Of a DNA stretch of 64,000 nucleotides, positions 38,543-48,667 are shown one piece after another. The translations under genes were made by a program, and so were the position numbers. The stretch is from an uncultured Gemmatimonadota bacterium (GTDB lineage Bacteria; Gemmatimonadota; Gemmatimonadetes; Palauibacterales; Palauibacteraceae): assembly GCA_964480515.1 (NCBI GenBank), contig CAYZOT010000005.1:18674-82673 (forward strand), given 5' to 3'. The stretch's first letter is position 1. The number at the start of each line of letters is the position of its first letter. The notes beneath the pieces were generated by a model, which saw only the letters and a program-made list of their open reading frames with translations, was not told the origin of the DNA and made no database searches.

Positions 38543-39712
38543 TCACGCGTTTATGGCAGCGGTCATCGAGTCGGAACGGGTGGTAAGATCTTCGATCCGG
38601 TCGCGATCCGGATCGACTCCAATGCCAACTCTCTCCAGGGGGACATTCACGAACCCATCGGTATTCATCGTCCATTCTGGTGTGACGACGTCTTGTTCCC
38701 AGTAACGTTTGCTGGGGGATAGGTCCCCGGGGATATCGAAATTGGGAAGGGAAGCAAGGGCTACGTTATACGCTCGACCGATCCCACTTTCTAACATGCC
38801 ACCGCACCATACAGGGTGCCCGGCCTGTTTGGCGATATCATGGATTCTGCGAGCGTTGTGGAAGCCGCCTACTCTCCCCGGCTTAATATTTATTATCGTG
38901 CCCGCCCCCATAGCCAGCATATCCTCGGCACTAGCTGGATCGACCACGGACTCGTCAATACATATGGGGGTTGTCAGTTGTTTTTGTAGTTCGGCATGGC
39001 GCCAAAGGTCACCAGCAGAAAGTGGTTGCTCGATCATGATTAGATCGAAGGCATCAAGTTCAGCCAGGTGATCTCTGTCGTCGAGTGTATAGGCGGCATT
39101 GGCATCGACAGATAGAGGCTGATTTGGGCCTAGTGCCTCGCGGACGGCAGCCACATAATCAATATCGGATCCAGGGCTGATCTTGAGCTTGATTTTGCGA
39201 TATCCTGCAGCGACTGCGGCTTCAGCTTTTTCGACTAGAATGTTCGGTGAGTCCTGGAGTCCTATCGAGATCCCAGTCGCAACGTGTTTACGCGTGCCTC
39301 CGAGGAATTGGCTTAATGACATTTTTGCGATTTCGGCCGCTAGGCCCCAGCACCCCATCTCGATTGCTGCCTTGGCCATGTGGTGACCCGTTACTCCCCT
39401 ATCGAGCAAATCGGTAACCAGCTGCGGCGCCTCAATTTCGGTCCCGAGAATCCGAGGTAGCAACCATTCTCGAAGAGCGAGCCATGCGGTATCAATCGTT
39501 TCTGGAGAATAGTTGGGCAGGTCTCCAGCCACGCATTCAGACCAGACATGGGCACCGGTTTCATCTTCCAACTCTAGGAGAAGGATAGCTCTGCTCTCTA
39601 TCCAACCGGATGAGATGGCGAAGCGCTCGACAAGTGGGAGTTCAATCTGGCGGAGGGTAACCCGTACTATGCGAAACTTCTGCTCATGATCATTTGTGTT
39701 CATCATTATCAA
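38543..39712 (-). CDS. Enolase-superfamily enzyme of the MR/MLE subgroup (o-succinylbenzoate synthase / N-acylamino-acid racemase-like)
   Basis: 389 aa. The N-terminal capping domain RIVRVTLRQIELPLVERFAISSGWIESRAILLLELEDETGAHVWSECVAG is present. The barrel domain has KIKLKISPG (KxK), IDANAAYT, and metal-ligand Asp/Glu contexts LIMIEQP and ICIDESV, typical of OSBS/NSAR. Confidence 0.75.
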   Translation of the reverse strand: MIMMNTNDHEQKFRIVRVTLRQIELPLVERFAISSGWIESRAILLLELEDETGAHVWSECVAGDLPNYSPETIDTAWLALREWLLPRILGTEIEAPQLVTDLLDRGVTGHHMAKAAIEMGCWGLAAEIAKMSLSQFLGGTRKHVATGISIGLQDSPNILVEKAEAAVAAGYRKIKLKISPGSDIDYVAAVREALGPNQPLSVDANAAYTLDDRDHLAELDAFDLIMIEQPLSAGDLWRHAELQKQLTTPICIDESVVDPASAEDMLAMGAGTIINIKPGRVGGFHNARRIHDIAKQAGHPVWCGGMLESGIGRAYNVALASLPNFDIPGDLSPSKRYWEQDVVTPEWTMNTDGFVNVPLERVGIGVDPDRDRIEDLTTRSDSMTAAINA

Positions 39713-39830
39713 CGAAAAAGGTTCCTGGGTTTTTCTCGATGTGAACTTCCGTTAATCGATCAAACACAACCTGCACGTCATGTCCTTGAGGCGCGACTGT
39801 CTCAAGGGATGGTCCATTATGTGAAGTCGT

Positions 39831-42617
39831 CTACAGGCCGATATACTGGCTGAATTTGACGATAAATACGTTCTCAGCAGGTGCGGAGAATAACCCATTC
39901 ACGTCGCGTCCAAAGTCAAAATTTCCGACGTCCAGAGATTCTCGGCGGTTGTGTTGCCAGACCAGGAAGAGCTGAGAACCCGGTCGGTACTCCCATCGGA
40001 AAACAGCATTTCCACGTAGGGAGTGGACATTGAAATCTCGATCACTTGTAGTGTGATCGAAGGTGCCGTCGTTATTGAAATCGAAATATCGCAGGTCATC
40101 AAGAGTGCAGGTTTGACCGTTTGCGCAACCGGTTACAACCCCGTCAAGCTCGATGGGTGTACCCTCTTCGAAGTCGATGAAATCGAATGTTTCAGAAGCT
40201 GCAAGCTGTCGATACTTGAGATAATCTCCAGATGAGAGCAAAGGCTGCACATACAGCTGAAAGCTCACGTCGGGGGTAAAGGCCACGTTGAGCCGCGTCT
40301 CCATGGAGAGAGATCTCCGTTTGATATCCCCGAACACATAGCGCGATCCATATGTCGGAGTGTACTCGAGCGCATTTGAGCGAGTCACATACTGTGCCCC
40401 GTCACGCGTTACCGAGTAGTTGGGTCCCAACTCGATTTCCCAGTTTGATAGAGGTCGAAATGAGAATCGCATTCCAGTTCGTACCTCGTGTCCGCTGTTC
40501 AGTCCTCCCTGTCTATATGAAACAGTCGGCGAGATGCTCAGCGGGTCGTTTCGATCTGTATTAAAGCTGAGACTAACATTCCAATTGTCAGGGTCGGTCA
40601 TGAGGGGCCCGCCCCGTGTTTCCGAATCAGACTGGCTCTCCGGTGAATAGGAGCCTCGCACATTCATGCCCCAGTTGTTGAGAAACGTGAATCGGGTACT
40701 AAGCCAGATCGATCCTGTCTCGTAGGCTCGGGTCCAATTTGCGCTCGAGGTCACATCATCGAGTAGTGAGTGGCGCAGATTATGGTAGGTATAGAGGTTA
40801 AGATTATAGTTTCGGAAGATCTTTCCTGGGCGAATCTGCCGATATCCAATGCTCGCACCGATGTCGAGGCGTTCTCCCGTTGTGATAAAACCAGCATCGT
40901 TAATCTCAAATCCCGGTGATTGCTGCCCGAGCCATGTCGACCAGGTCCAGTGTTGACCTTGTTTCTCAAGCTGGAGACGCCAATCACTCCCGAACATGGA
41001 TGTGGCTGTAGAGTCCACACTTAAATAGGCTGCGTCAGGGCGTTGAAAATAATGGTTGGAATTTTTCTGAAGTCGCATTAGCGCTGCGTTGGATCCTTGA
41101 ACAAGGCTGCCCGAGTAGAACCCCCATAGCCGGAAATCGCGTGCTCGAGCGCCGCCCCACTGGTGCTCAAAATCGATCCCGAAGCTGTAGGCATTAGAGG
41201 GTAGAAAGTCGAATGATCCGTCTTCCGGAAGTTCTCGTTTAAGCCCCGTTGCAATAAATCCCATTTTACTTCCGCCATCTCGGAAATCCTGTTGTAGGCG
41301 AACCACGGCAAACTCACCCTGTGGCTCTGCAACAAAGGTTCCGATTGAATCGCCTTCGGTATAGTAGGCCTGTCCTCTCTCACTGCCCGTAACGGCCGCT
41401 AAAGCTCCGACGGACAGTCCCCCGTTTGTCCGTCCGGTGAATTTGGCTGCGCCTAGAATCGAAGTCTGACCTGGTCGATCTCGAAAGTCTGCCGCCCCGG
41501 GTCCGAAACTGCTTGGCTCTCTTCCAATGCGGCGAGTGAAAAATAGAGCCTTCCCTCCACGTCCTCCATGTCCGCCCCGACCGCCAGCAAAGTCAAAGAT
41601 CCGCGCATCTTGTACGAAAAATGGACGCTTTTCCGGAAAGAAAGTTTCGAAAGCTGTGAGGTTAATAACTTCAGGATCGACTTCGACTTGGCCAAAATCG
41701 GGGCTAAAGGTCGCGTCGAGGCTGAACGCCGATCCGATCCCTACACTGAGATCGACTCCTCCTCTTGGGTTCAGCTCGCTTCCATCGAAAAGGGGATTTC
41801 CGGCTTCGGGTTGAGCTGTGTGGTACTGCGATACGAAGAATGGACGGGCTTCAATTCGTCGGGTTGCACTTGTAAGGTGAAGGCCGTCGATCGTACCGAA
41901 TTGGCTAACTTTACCACGAACAGTGCGTGATTCTAGAGAAAAATAATCTGTCTCATTTGACTCGATCCTACGCCGTTCAAAATTGATTCCCCAAGTTTGT
42001 TCGCCAGGTTTTGCTTCATAACGAATCTGAGATAGAGGAATACGGATCTCAGCGGTCCAGCCTCGGTCATTAATTTGAACCGCTGAATCCCAGATTGCGT
42101 CCCAGTTTTCATCTTCTTCCGAGTCGCTGAAAAGGTATCGGTCTCCTTCCGCTCCGGCGGCACTAACACGGAACTGGTAACCAGTGAGCCCATCTCGGTT
42201 TGGGTCCAACGAAAGAGTGAAATGGTCGAACGGAGCTCGCTCGTCACGCCGGGCGAGGCGTGCGCGGATTACGGTTGGGTTTGTTTCGTACATGAGAGCG
42301 CCGACATAAATGGCTTGATCATCAAACAAAACCCGAACTTCTGTCGGCTCGGTTGGCTCAGCCCCTTCAAAAGGCTCACCTTGAATAAAGCTGGAAATGA
42401 TGGGTGCATCCTGCCAGGCAAGGTCATCAAGTCGACCATCGATCGAAATAGAGCCTTCGAGACGGATGGCCCTAGCAACGGCGGTTCTTCCACCAGTTGC
42501 AATCGTTGATTGGGGTGTCTCCGAGATTTCGTTGGCTTGTCCCGCGAGTTCCCCTTGTAAATTAACGACTAAGGAAAAACAGGCGAGCCCCCAAATCATG
42601 GCTCTAATAAGCTTCAT
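39831..42617 (-). CDS. Large secreted/outer-membrane protein, DUF5916/CBM9-like family (putative hydrolase-like beta-barrel protein)
   Basis: 928 aa with signal peptide. The N-terminal SISIDGRLDDLAWQDAPIISSFIQGEPFEGAEP resembles the CBM9-like N-terminus of DUF5916 proteins. The rest is rich in alternating beta-strand-like segments ending in an aromatic residue (..SQYIGL). Confidence 0.45.
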   Translation of the reverse strand: MKLIRAMIWGLACFSLVVNLQGELAGQANEISETPQSTIATGGRTAVARAIRLEGSISIDGRLDDLAWQDAPIISSFIQGEPFEGAEPTEPTEVRVLFDDQAIYVGALMYETNPTVIRARLARRDERAPFDHFTLSLDPNRDGLTGYQFRVSAAGAEGDRYLFSDSEEDENWDAIWDSAVQINDRGWTAEIRIPLSQIRYEAKPGEQTWGINFERRRIESNETDYFSLESRTVRGKVSQFGTIDGLHLTSATRRIEARPFFVSQYHTAQPEAGNPLFDGSELNPRGGVDLSVGIGSAFSLDATFSPDFGQVEVDPEVINLTAFETFFPEKRPFFVQDARIFDFAGGRGGHGGRGGKALFFTRRIGREPSSFGPGAADFRDRPGQTSILGAAKFTGRTNGGLSVGALAAVTGSERGQAYYTEGDSIGTFVAEPQGEFAVVRLQQDFRDGGSKMGFIATGLKRELPEDGSFDFLPSNAYSFGIDFEHQWGGARARDFRLWGFYSGSLVQGSNAALMRLQKNSNHYFQRPDAAYLSVDSTATSMFGSDWRLQLEKQGQHWTWSTWLGQQSPGFEINDAGFITTGERLDIGASIGYRQIRPGKIFRNYNLNLYTYHNLRHSLLDDVTSSANWTRAYETGSIWLSTRFTFLNNWGMNVRGSYSPESQSDSETRGGPLMTDPDNWNVSLSFNTDRNDPLSISPTVSYRQGGLNSGHEVRTGMRFSFRPLSNWEIELGPNYSVTRDGAQYVTRSNALEYTPTYGSRYVFGDIKRRSLSMETRLNVAFTPDVSFQLYVQPLLSSGDYLKYRQLAASETFDFIDFEEGTPIELDGVVTGCANGQTCTLDDLRYFDFNNDGTFDHTTSDRDFNVHSLRGNAVFRWEYRPGSQLFLVWQHNRRESLDVGNFDFGRDVNGLFSAPAENVFIVKFSQYIGL

Positions 42618-42926
42618 CTATATAGCAATAGGGATAATCATAGAATTGTTTTGACGCCCGATCCTACGCGCTCGACATATTGAAAGGAAGGTCAGTGTCT
42701 TCATCCCCCCAGCCCCCTCCCCGAGTATGTGATCTCCCTAGGACGAAAATTCTTTTAGCCTTGGATTGTGAACCATAAGATACAGGATGAAACAGGACTT
42801 GAACAATTTTCACCTACCGTTTCCAACACGTTCCACGCCTCATAAGTTAAATCTCGGGCAATATAAGCCCACTCGTGGTGATTTGAGGCAGATTGCAGCC
42901 ACGCTAAACAACTCGCTAAAGAGCTA

Positions 42927-42963
42927 CCCCCGGGGGCGCATCTCTTAGCGACCGGGGTTTTTT
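42927..42963 (+). terminator. Intrinsic-terminator-like hairpin plus U-tract inside the metH 5' leader (candidate attenuator/riboswitch expression platform)
   Basis: The sequence CCCCCGGGGGCGCATCTCTTAGCGACCGGGG can fold as a GC-rich interrupted stem (CCCCGG/CCGGGG outer pairs, CGC/GCG inner pairs) and is followed by TTTTTT. It lies on the metH coding strand about 8 nt upstream of the metH start, within a 350-nt divergent intergenic region. Confidence 0.4.
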
Positions 42964-42970
42964 AATTGAG

Positions 42971-45900
42971 GTGTTTGTGTCAAACGCACGCACAACAAGA
43001 ATCCACCGTATTCGATCGTCCTTAGCTGAGCGTATTCTAGTGTTGGATGGGGCGACCGGAACGATGGTTCAGGATCTTCTTCTAGGTGAAGATGCATATC
43101 GTGGAGATCGATTCACTAATCATCCCACACCCCTCCTAGGAAATCATGACCTCCTGTCAATCACGCGTTCGGAGGATATGGCTGCCATTCATCGAGCCTA
43201 TCTAGAGGCGGGTGCTGATTTCATCACCACAAATACGTTCAATGCGCAGGAAATCTCTCAGTCGGACTATGGGACGGACGCCTTTGTGCGTGAGATTAAT
43301 GTTGCGGCTGCGGAAATTGCCCGAGGTCTAGCGGATGAGTTCACTCAGGCGGATGTGGCGAAGCCGCGTTTTGTGTTGGGGAGTTTGGGGCCCACAAACC
43401 AGACTGCCTCTCTCTCCCCCGACGTCGAAAATCCTGCCTTTCGTGCGGTCACCTTCGATGAATTGGTTGCAGCGTACCGTGAACAGGCCATTGGATTGCT
43501 CACGGGTGGAGCTGACGTGCTGCTCATTGAGACCGTTTTTGACACCCTAAACTGTAAAGCAGCGATCTTTGCGATCCTCCAACTTGCCGAGGAACTTGAA
43601 GAAGAGATCCCAATCGCGATATCGGGGACAATCACCGATCTTTCTGGGCGCACACTATCAGGTCAAACGGTTGAGGCATTCTGGATCTCGGTCCGGCATG
43701 CTGATCCGATTTTTGTGGGCCTGAACTGCGCACTCGGGGCCGTCGAACTTTCGCCCTACATCGCGGATCTTGCGAGAGTTGCGGAGACGAGCGTCAGCTG
43801 TCACCCCAACGCAGGCCTCCCGAATGAGTTTGGAGGCTATGACGATACACCTGAGCATATGGCTGACGTCCTTGGAGGCTTTGCGGACCGCGGCCTTTTG
43901 AACGTTGTCGGGGGGTGTTGTGGTACTGGCCCGGACCACATTAGAGCCATAGCTGATCGTGTAGCTGGTGTTTTGCCCCGTGTCCCTATCGAGGCAGAGC
44001 CTTTCCCACGATTCGCAGGACTTGAGCCTTTTGTGATCCGCCCAGAGACGTTGTTTGTGAATGTTGGTGAGCGGACGAATGTGACGGGGTCCGCACGTTT
44101 CGCACGGCTTATAGGTGAGGAACGTCGAGAGGAGGCGCTAGATGTGGCGCGGGATCAGGTGGATAGCGGCGCACAGATGCTCGATGTGAACATGGATGAA
44201 GGCCTGCTCGACTCCGCCGCAGAGATGACTGAGTTCCTAAACCTTATCGGGGTTGAACCTGACATCGCTCGTGTTCCGGTTGTCGTTGATTCATCAAAAT
44301 GGTCTGTAATCGAAGCTGGTCTTAAGTGTATCCAAGGTAGACCGATCGTGAACTCCATCTCCCTGAAGGAAGGGGAATATGAGTTTTTACAACAGGCGCG
44401 CCTGCTCCGACGTTACGGTGCGAGTGTGATCGTGATGGCCTTTGATGAAGAAGGACAGGCTGCCACAATCGAACGGAAAGTTGATATTTGTGCGCGTGCT
44501 TATCGGCTACTTACGCAGGAAGTCGGGTTCCGATCATCGGACATCGTGTTTGACCCGAACGTATTTGCAGTCGGAACCGGAATCCCTGAGCACAACGAGT
44601 ACGGAACTGCGTTCGTGGAAGCGGTACGTCGAATTAAGGAAGAGTTGCCCGGTGCGCTAACAAGCGGGGGCATCAGTAATGTTTCTTTCTCGTATCGTGG
44701 AAACGACGCTGTACGCGAAGCTATGCATTCAGCCTTCTTGTACCATGCGATCAGAGCTGGTCTCGACATGGGGATCGTTAATGCTGGTCGCTTGCCCGTT
44801 TACGATGATATCGATCCGGACCTCTTGGTCGCCGCCGAAGACGTGCTCTTTAATCGAACAAAGGATGCGACTGAGCGTTTGACCGACTTGGCGGGGACCA
44901 TCCGCGAGCGAGGTATGGAAGTTGTTGTTGATCACAGGTGGCGGGAACTCTCGGTCGAAGAACGGCTAAAGCATTCACTGGTCGAGGGGTTAGTCGAGTT
45001 CATCGAAGAGGATACTGAGGAAGCACGGCAGAAATTTGATTTTTCGCTCGAGGTTATCGAGGGGCCACTTATGGCTGGAATGAATCGCGTAGGCGATCTC
45101 TTCGGTAGCGGACGCATGTTCCTTCCCCAAGTCGTAAAGTCTGCGCGAGTAATGAAAAAGGCAGTGTCGTACCTCGTACCGTACCTGGAAGCTGAGAAAG
45201 CGATCGGTACGACGGGGGCGGCTGCATCGAAAGGAAAGGGTACCATTCTCCTTGCGACGGTAAAGGGAGATGTTCACGACATTGGCAAGAATATTGTAGG
45301 CGTTGTACTACAGTGTAATGGTTACGAGATTATTGACTTAGGTGTGATGGTGCCACCAGATAAAATTCTTGCAGAAGCCAAGGCGCACAGCGTCGATATA
45401 ATCGGGCTGAGTGGTCTCATTACCCCGTCGCTTGACCACATGGTGACAGTCGCGTCTGAGATGGATCGTGAGGGCTTCGAACTTCCACTACTAATCGGAG
45501 GCGCTACCACTTCCAGGAAGCATACCGCCGTGCGAATTGAGCAGAAGTACTCTGGGGCGACGGTTCATGTTCTCGATGCATCTCGAGCTGTGGGTGTGGT
45601 AGGAGATCTGCTCAGTGAAGAAAGATCTTCGGATTTTATCGCGAACGTCCGAGGTGAGTACGAAAAGATTCGTTCCGATTTTTCTGAACGTGTTCGTAGT
45701 CTGGTTCCATTTAAAAGTGCTTGCAAGAACCGGTTAGAGATCGACTGCTCGGCGTTTCCTCCTCAAGCCCCGCGAAAACCGGGTGTCCACGTTTTCGATC
45801 CGTATCCGTTAGACATACTTGTCGATTACATTGATTGGACACCGTTTTTTCGGGCATGGGAGATCAAGGGTCGCTACCCTGAGGTGCTCGAGGATAAGAC

Positions 45901-46687
45901 GTTGGGTAAGGCTGCGCGCACGCTTTTCGAAGACGCAACAAGCCTTCTTGATCGTATTGTCAGCGATGATGTCCTTACGGCGCGCGCCGTCGCGGGGCTA
46001 TTTCCTGCGGCCTCCCGGGGGGATGACATCGTGTTCTTCAACGATCTAGAAAGATCTGCGTCACTTGCGGTTGTCTCACATCTCCGTCAACAAATGAAGC
46101 GAAAGGGCTCCCGTCCCAATCTTTCGCTTACCGATTTCATTGTAGATGAAGGCTTGGGGATTCCAGATTGGGGTGGTGCTTTTGCCGTCACGGCGGGTAT
46201 TGGTCTCGATGAGTTTTGCGCGTCGTTTGAAGCAGAGCAGGATGATTACCAGAGTTTGCTCGCTAAGTCGCTTGCTGATCGGCTGGCTGAAGCACTTGCT
46301 GAGCATCTGCACGAGGTCGTTAGGAAGGACCTCTGGGGGTACGCACATGAAGAGGAATGCTCAAACGAAGAGCGCCTACGCGAAGCCTACGTCGGGATTC
46401 GGCCTGCGCCTGGTTATCCTGCGTGTCCTGATCATTCTCAGAAAGAGATTCTTTTTGAACTTCTCGATGTGCGTTCGAATACGGCGATTGAACTTACCGA
46501 ATCTTTCGCGATGATGCCGGCAGCTTCTGTTAGTGGTTGGTATTTTGCGCACCCGGAGGCGCACTATTTCGGAGTAGGCAAAATCGGTCGAGACCAGGTC
46601 GAAGATTACACCCGCAGGCGTGGGATCGAATCGTCGGAGGCCGAGCGTTTACTATCACCCAACCTCAGCTACGATCCGAAAGAGTGA
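42971..46687 (+). CDS. metH: Cobalamin-dependent methionine synthase
   Basis: 1238 aa with all four modules. The Hcy-binding module has [13 protein letters not shown] and the Zn-site [11 protein letters not shown] pterin-binding module follows. The B12-binding module has [14 protein letters not shown] and [10 protein letters not shown]. The AdoMet reactivation domain is present ([14 protein letters not shown]). The precise start (GTG 42971 versus nearby GTG/ATG) is uncertain. Confidence 0.95.
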   Translation: MFVSNARTTRIHRIRSSLAERILVLDGATGTMVQDLLLGEDAYRGDRFTNHPTPLLGNHDLLSITRSEDMAAIHRAYLEAGADFITTNTFNAQEISQSDYGTDAFVREINVAAAEIARGLADEFTQADVAKPRFVLGSLGPTNQTASLSPDVENPAFRAVTFDELVAAYREQAIGLLTGGADVLLIETVFDTLNCKAAIFAILQLAEELEEEIPIAISGTITDLSGRTLSGQTVEAFWISVRHADPIFVGLNCALGAVELSPYIADLARVAETSVSCHPNAGLPNEFGGYDDTPEHMADVLGGFADRGLLNVVGGCCGTGPDHIRAIADRVAGVLPRVPIEAEPFPRFAGLEPFVIRPETLFVNVGERTNVTGSARFARLIGEERREEALDVARDQVDSGAQMLDVNMDEGLLDSAAEMTEFLNLIGVEPDIARVPVVVDSSKWSVIEAGLKCIQGRPIVNSISLKEGEYEFLQQARLLRRYGASVIVMAFDEEGQAATIERKVDICARAYRLLTQEVGFRSSDIVFDPNVFAVGTGIPEHNEYGTAFVEAVRRIKEELPGALTSGGISNVSFSYRGNDAVREAMHSAFLYHAIRAGLDMGIVNAGRLPVYDDIDPDLLVAAEDVLFNRTKDATERLTDLAGTIRERGMEVVVDHRWRELSVEERLKHSLVEGLVEFIEEDTEEARQKFDFSLEVIEGPLMAGMNRVGDLFGSGRMFLPQVVKSARVMKKAVSYLVPYLEAEKAIGTTGAAASKGKGTILLATVKGDVHDIGKNIVGVVLQCNGYEIIDLGVMVPPDKILAEAKAHSVDIIGLSGLITPSLDHMVTVASEMDREGFELPLLIGGATTSRKHTAVRIEQKYSGATVHVLDASRAVGVVGDLLSEERSSDFIANVRGEYEKIRSDFSERVRSLVPFKSACKNRLEIDCSAFPPQAPRKPGVHVFDPYPLDILVDYIDWTPFFRAWEIKGRYPEVLEDKTLGKAARTLFEDATSLLDRIVSDDVLTARAVAGLFPAASRGDDIVFFNDLERSASLAVVSHLRQQMKRKGSRPNLSLTDFIVDEGLGIPDWGGAFAVTAGIGLDEFCASFEAEQDDYQSLLAKSLADRLAEALAEHLHEVVRKDLWGYAHEEECSNEERLREAYVGIRPAPGYPACPDHSQKEILFELLDVRSNTAIELTESFAMMPAASVSGWYFAHPEAHYFGVGKIGRDQVEDYTRRRGIESSEAERLLSPNLSYDPKE

Positions 46688-48544
46688 TTGCCCGTGAGTG
46701 AGGGAAGAAGCCGGCTGCGGGAGTTGGTTGAGGACGGTGGTGTGCATGTTCTAGATGGCGCGATGGGGACTGTGCTTTATCAACACGGTGTCTTCGTCAA
46801 TAAGTGCTTTGATGAGCTTAGTCTTAGTAACCCCGAAGTGGTGCTTTCCGTGCATGCGGAATACGTACGGGCCGGAGCCGAACTGATCGAGACCAACACG
46901 TTTGGTGCCAATCCCGTCAAACTCAGTGCCTTTGCACTGGAGGATCGCACCGAAGAAATCAATGAGGTTGCAGCGAAGTTAGCCATCCAAAGCTCCCGAG
47001 GCCGAGCAAGTGTACTCGGGGCAATAGGTCCACTGGGTATCCGAATCGAGCCATGGGGGCCGACATCGGTCAACGAGGCAACGAAGATGTTTGAGCGACA
47101 GGCTACTGGATTAGCAGAGGGTGGTGTAGATGGCTTCATGCTCGAAACTTTTGCTGACCTCGATGAACTACTGCAAGCAGTCCGTGCAGTTCGGAACGTA
47201 GCGGGCAGTGCCCCTGTATTTGCCCAAATGTCTTTCGGTGAAGAAGGGGCTACGGCTTACGGTACAACCATTGAAGTTGCCACTCACAGCCTTGACCAAG
47301 CAGGTGTCGATGTGATCGGCCTGAACTGCTCTGTCGGTCCTTCCGCGATGCTCATCGGAGTAGAACGCATGGTGGCGACCACCGATCGACCAGTGTCCGC
47401 GCTCCCGAATGCGGGTGTTCCTCGTGATGTTCGAGATCGAAAGATCTATCTTGCGAACCCGGAGTATATGGGCCGCTATGCAAGGCGCATGGCGGAGTCC
47501 GGTGCTCGGTTTGTTGGTGGCTGCTGTGGGACGACACCAGAGCACACACGATTCATGGTTGACCTGCTTGGAAAGAAAAGGTTCCGTCCAGTTAGTGTGA
47601 CGCGTCATGTAGTACATGATGTTGAACACGAGAGCGTTGTCGAACCATTGCCGCTTGCGGACCGATCAGGACTTGGATGCCGTTTAGCATCTGGCGAATT
47701 TGTCCGAAGTGTTGAACTCACGCCGCCCAGTGGTTGGGAGCCTGATTCTCTGCTTACGAGTGCAAGGCGCTTACAGGACGCTGGTATTGAAACGGTTCAC
47801 ATTGTAGACGGTCCCGTTCACCGGAGTCGGATAGCCTCGCTACCCGCTGCCATTGTCATTGAGCGCGAACTCGGATTCGAAACGGTCGCCCACTATAGCT
47901 GCCGAGACCGGAATATGCTTGGTATGGTAAGCGATGTTTTAGGGGCTGCTGCAGCAGGTCTTAGAAATTTGTTTCTAGTCACAGGAGATCCTCCACGAGG
48001 AGGTCCCTACGATACTGGCGGCATTTACGATATCGACAGCATTGGTCTAACCAATGTTGTGCGTCAGTTGAATGTTGGTCGCGATCCCGGAGGTGGTTCG
48101 ATCGGTGCACCAACCTCTTTTGTGGTTGGTGTGGCGGTCAACCCTAGTGCGATGGATATAGAAGAAGAGATTCGTCGCTTCGCTTGGAAAGTTGAAGCCG
48201 GGGCAGATTACGCTGTGACCCAGCCGATTTTTGACCCGGTTCAATTTCTTAAATTTACGAAACTGGTCGAAGGGTTTGGTATTCCACTCATTGCCGGTTT
48301 ATGGCCTCCTGCGTCATTAGAAAACGCCGAATTTTTGGCTAACGAGGTCCCCGGTGTCGAGGTTCCTCCATCTGTACTGGACAGGATGCGCCGAGCCTCC
48401 GAACGCGATGAAACGTCAGTGTTCGAAGAGGGAGCCTCTATAGCTCGAGAGGTTTTGGAAGAGGTGCGGCCAGCAGTCGCTGGAGTTCTTATCTCCGCAC
48501 CGGGCGGTGATGTAGAACGGGCGATTGCCGTGCTGCAGGCGTAG
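46688..48544 (+). CDS. Bifunctional homocysteine S-methyltransferase / 5,10-methylenetetrahydrofolate reductase (YitJ-like fusion)
   Basis: 618 aa. The N-terminal Hcy-binding domain has VLDGAMGT and FVGGCCGTTPEH (Zn Cys triad). The C-terminal MTHFR domain is present (LFLVTGDPP, AVNP). It starts immediately after the metH stop. Confidence 0.85.
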   Translation: MPVSEGRSRLRELVEDGGVHVLDGAMGTVLYQHGVFVNKCFDELSLSNPEVVLSVHAEYVRAGAELIETNTFGANPVKLSAFALEDRTEEINEVAAKLAIQSSRGRASVLGAIGPLGIRIEPWGPTSVNEATKMFERQATGLAEGGVDGFMLETFADLDELLQAVRAVRNVAGSAPVFAQMSFGEEGATAYGTTIEVATHSLDQAGVDVIGLNCSVGPSAMLIGVERMVATTDRPVSALPNAGVPRDVRDRKIYLANPEYMGRYARRMAESGARFVGGCCGTTPEHTRFMVDLLGKKRFRPVSVTRHVVHDVEHESVVEPLPLADRSGLGCRLASGEFVRSVELTPPSGWEPDSLLTSARRLQDAGIETVHIVDGPVHRSRIASLPAAIVIERELGFETVAHYSCRDRNMLGMVSDVLGAAAAGLRNLFLVTGDPPRGGPYDTGGIYDIDSIGLTNVVRQLNVGRDPGGGSIGAPTSFVVGVAVNPSAMDIEEEIRRFAWKVEAGADYAVTQPIFDPVQFLKFTKLVEGFGIPLIAGLWPPASLENAEFLANEVPGVEVPPSVLDRMRRASERDETSVFEEGASIAREVLEEVRPAVAGVLISAPGGDVERAIAVLQA

Positions 48545-48667
48545 TCCATAGTAGGAGCGGTTCCTATGGTTCCACTCCTGTGAACTGGACCCTGGTGTTG
48601 AACTGCCTAAGCCGACGAGCAGCTCGATATTGGGCTCATATCGCTGCCCTCGTCCCCTCTCTTAAGC

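Noticed and set aside
42860-42926. Possible cobalamin riboswitch B12-box (gcagccacgc) in the metH leader
   Set aside because: Only a partial match to the GCCACUG B12 box. The other conserved cobalamin-riboswitch elements (GGUGnnAAnUCC region, GCCAGGA–CCUGCC pairing) were not found. B12 repression of a B12-dependent enzyme is biologically unlikely. The leader is retained only as a generic candidate riboswitch/attenuator.
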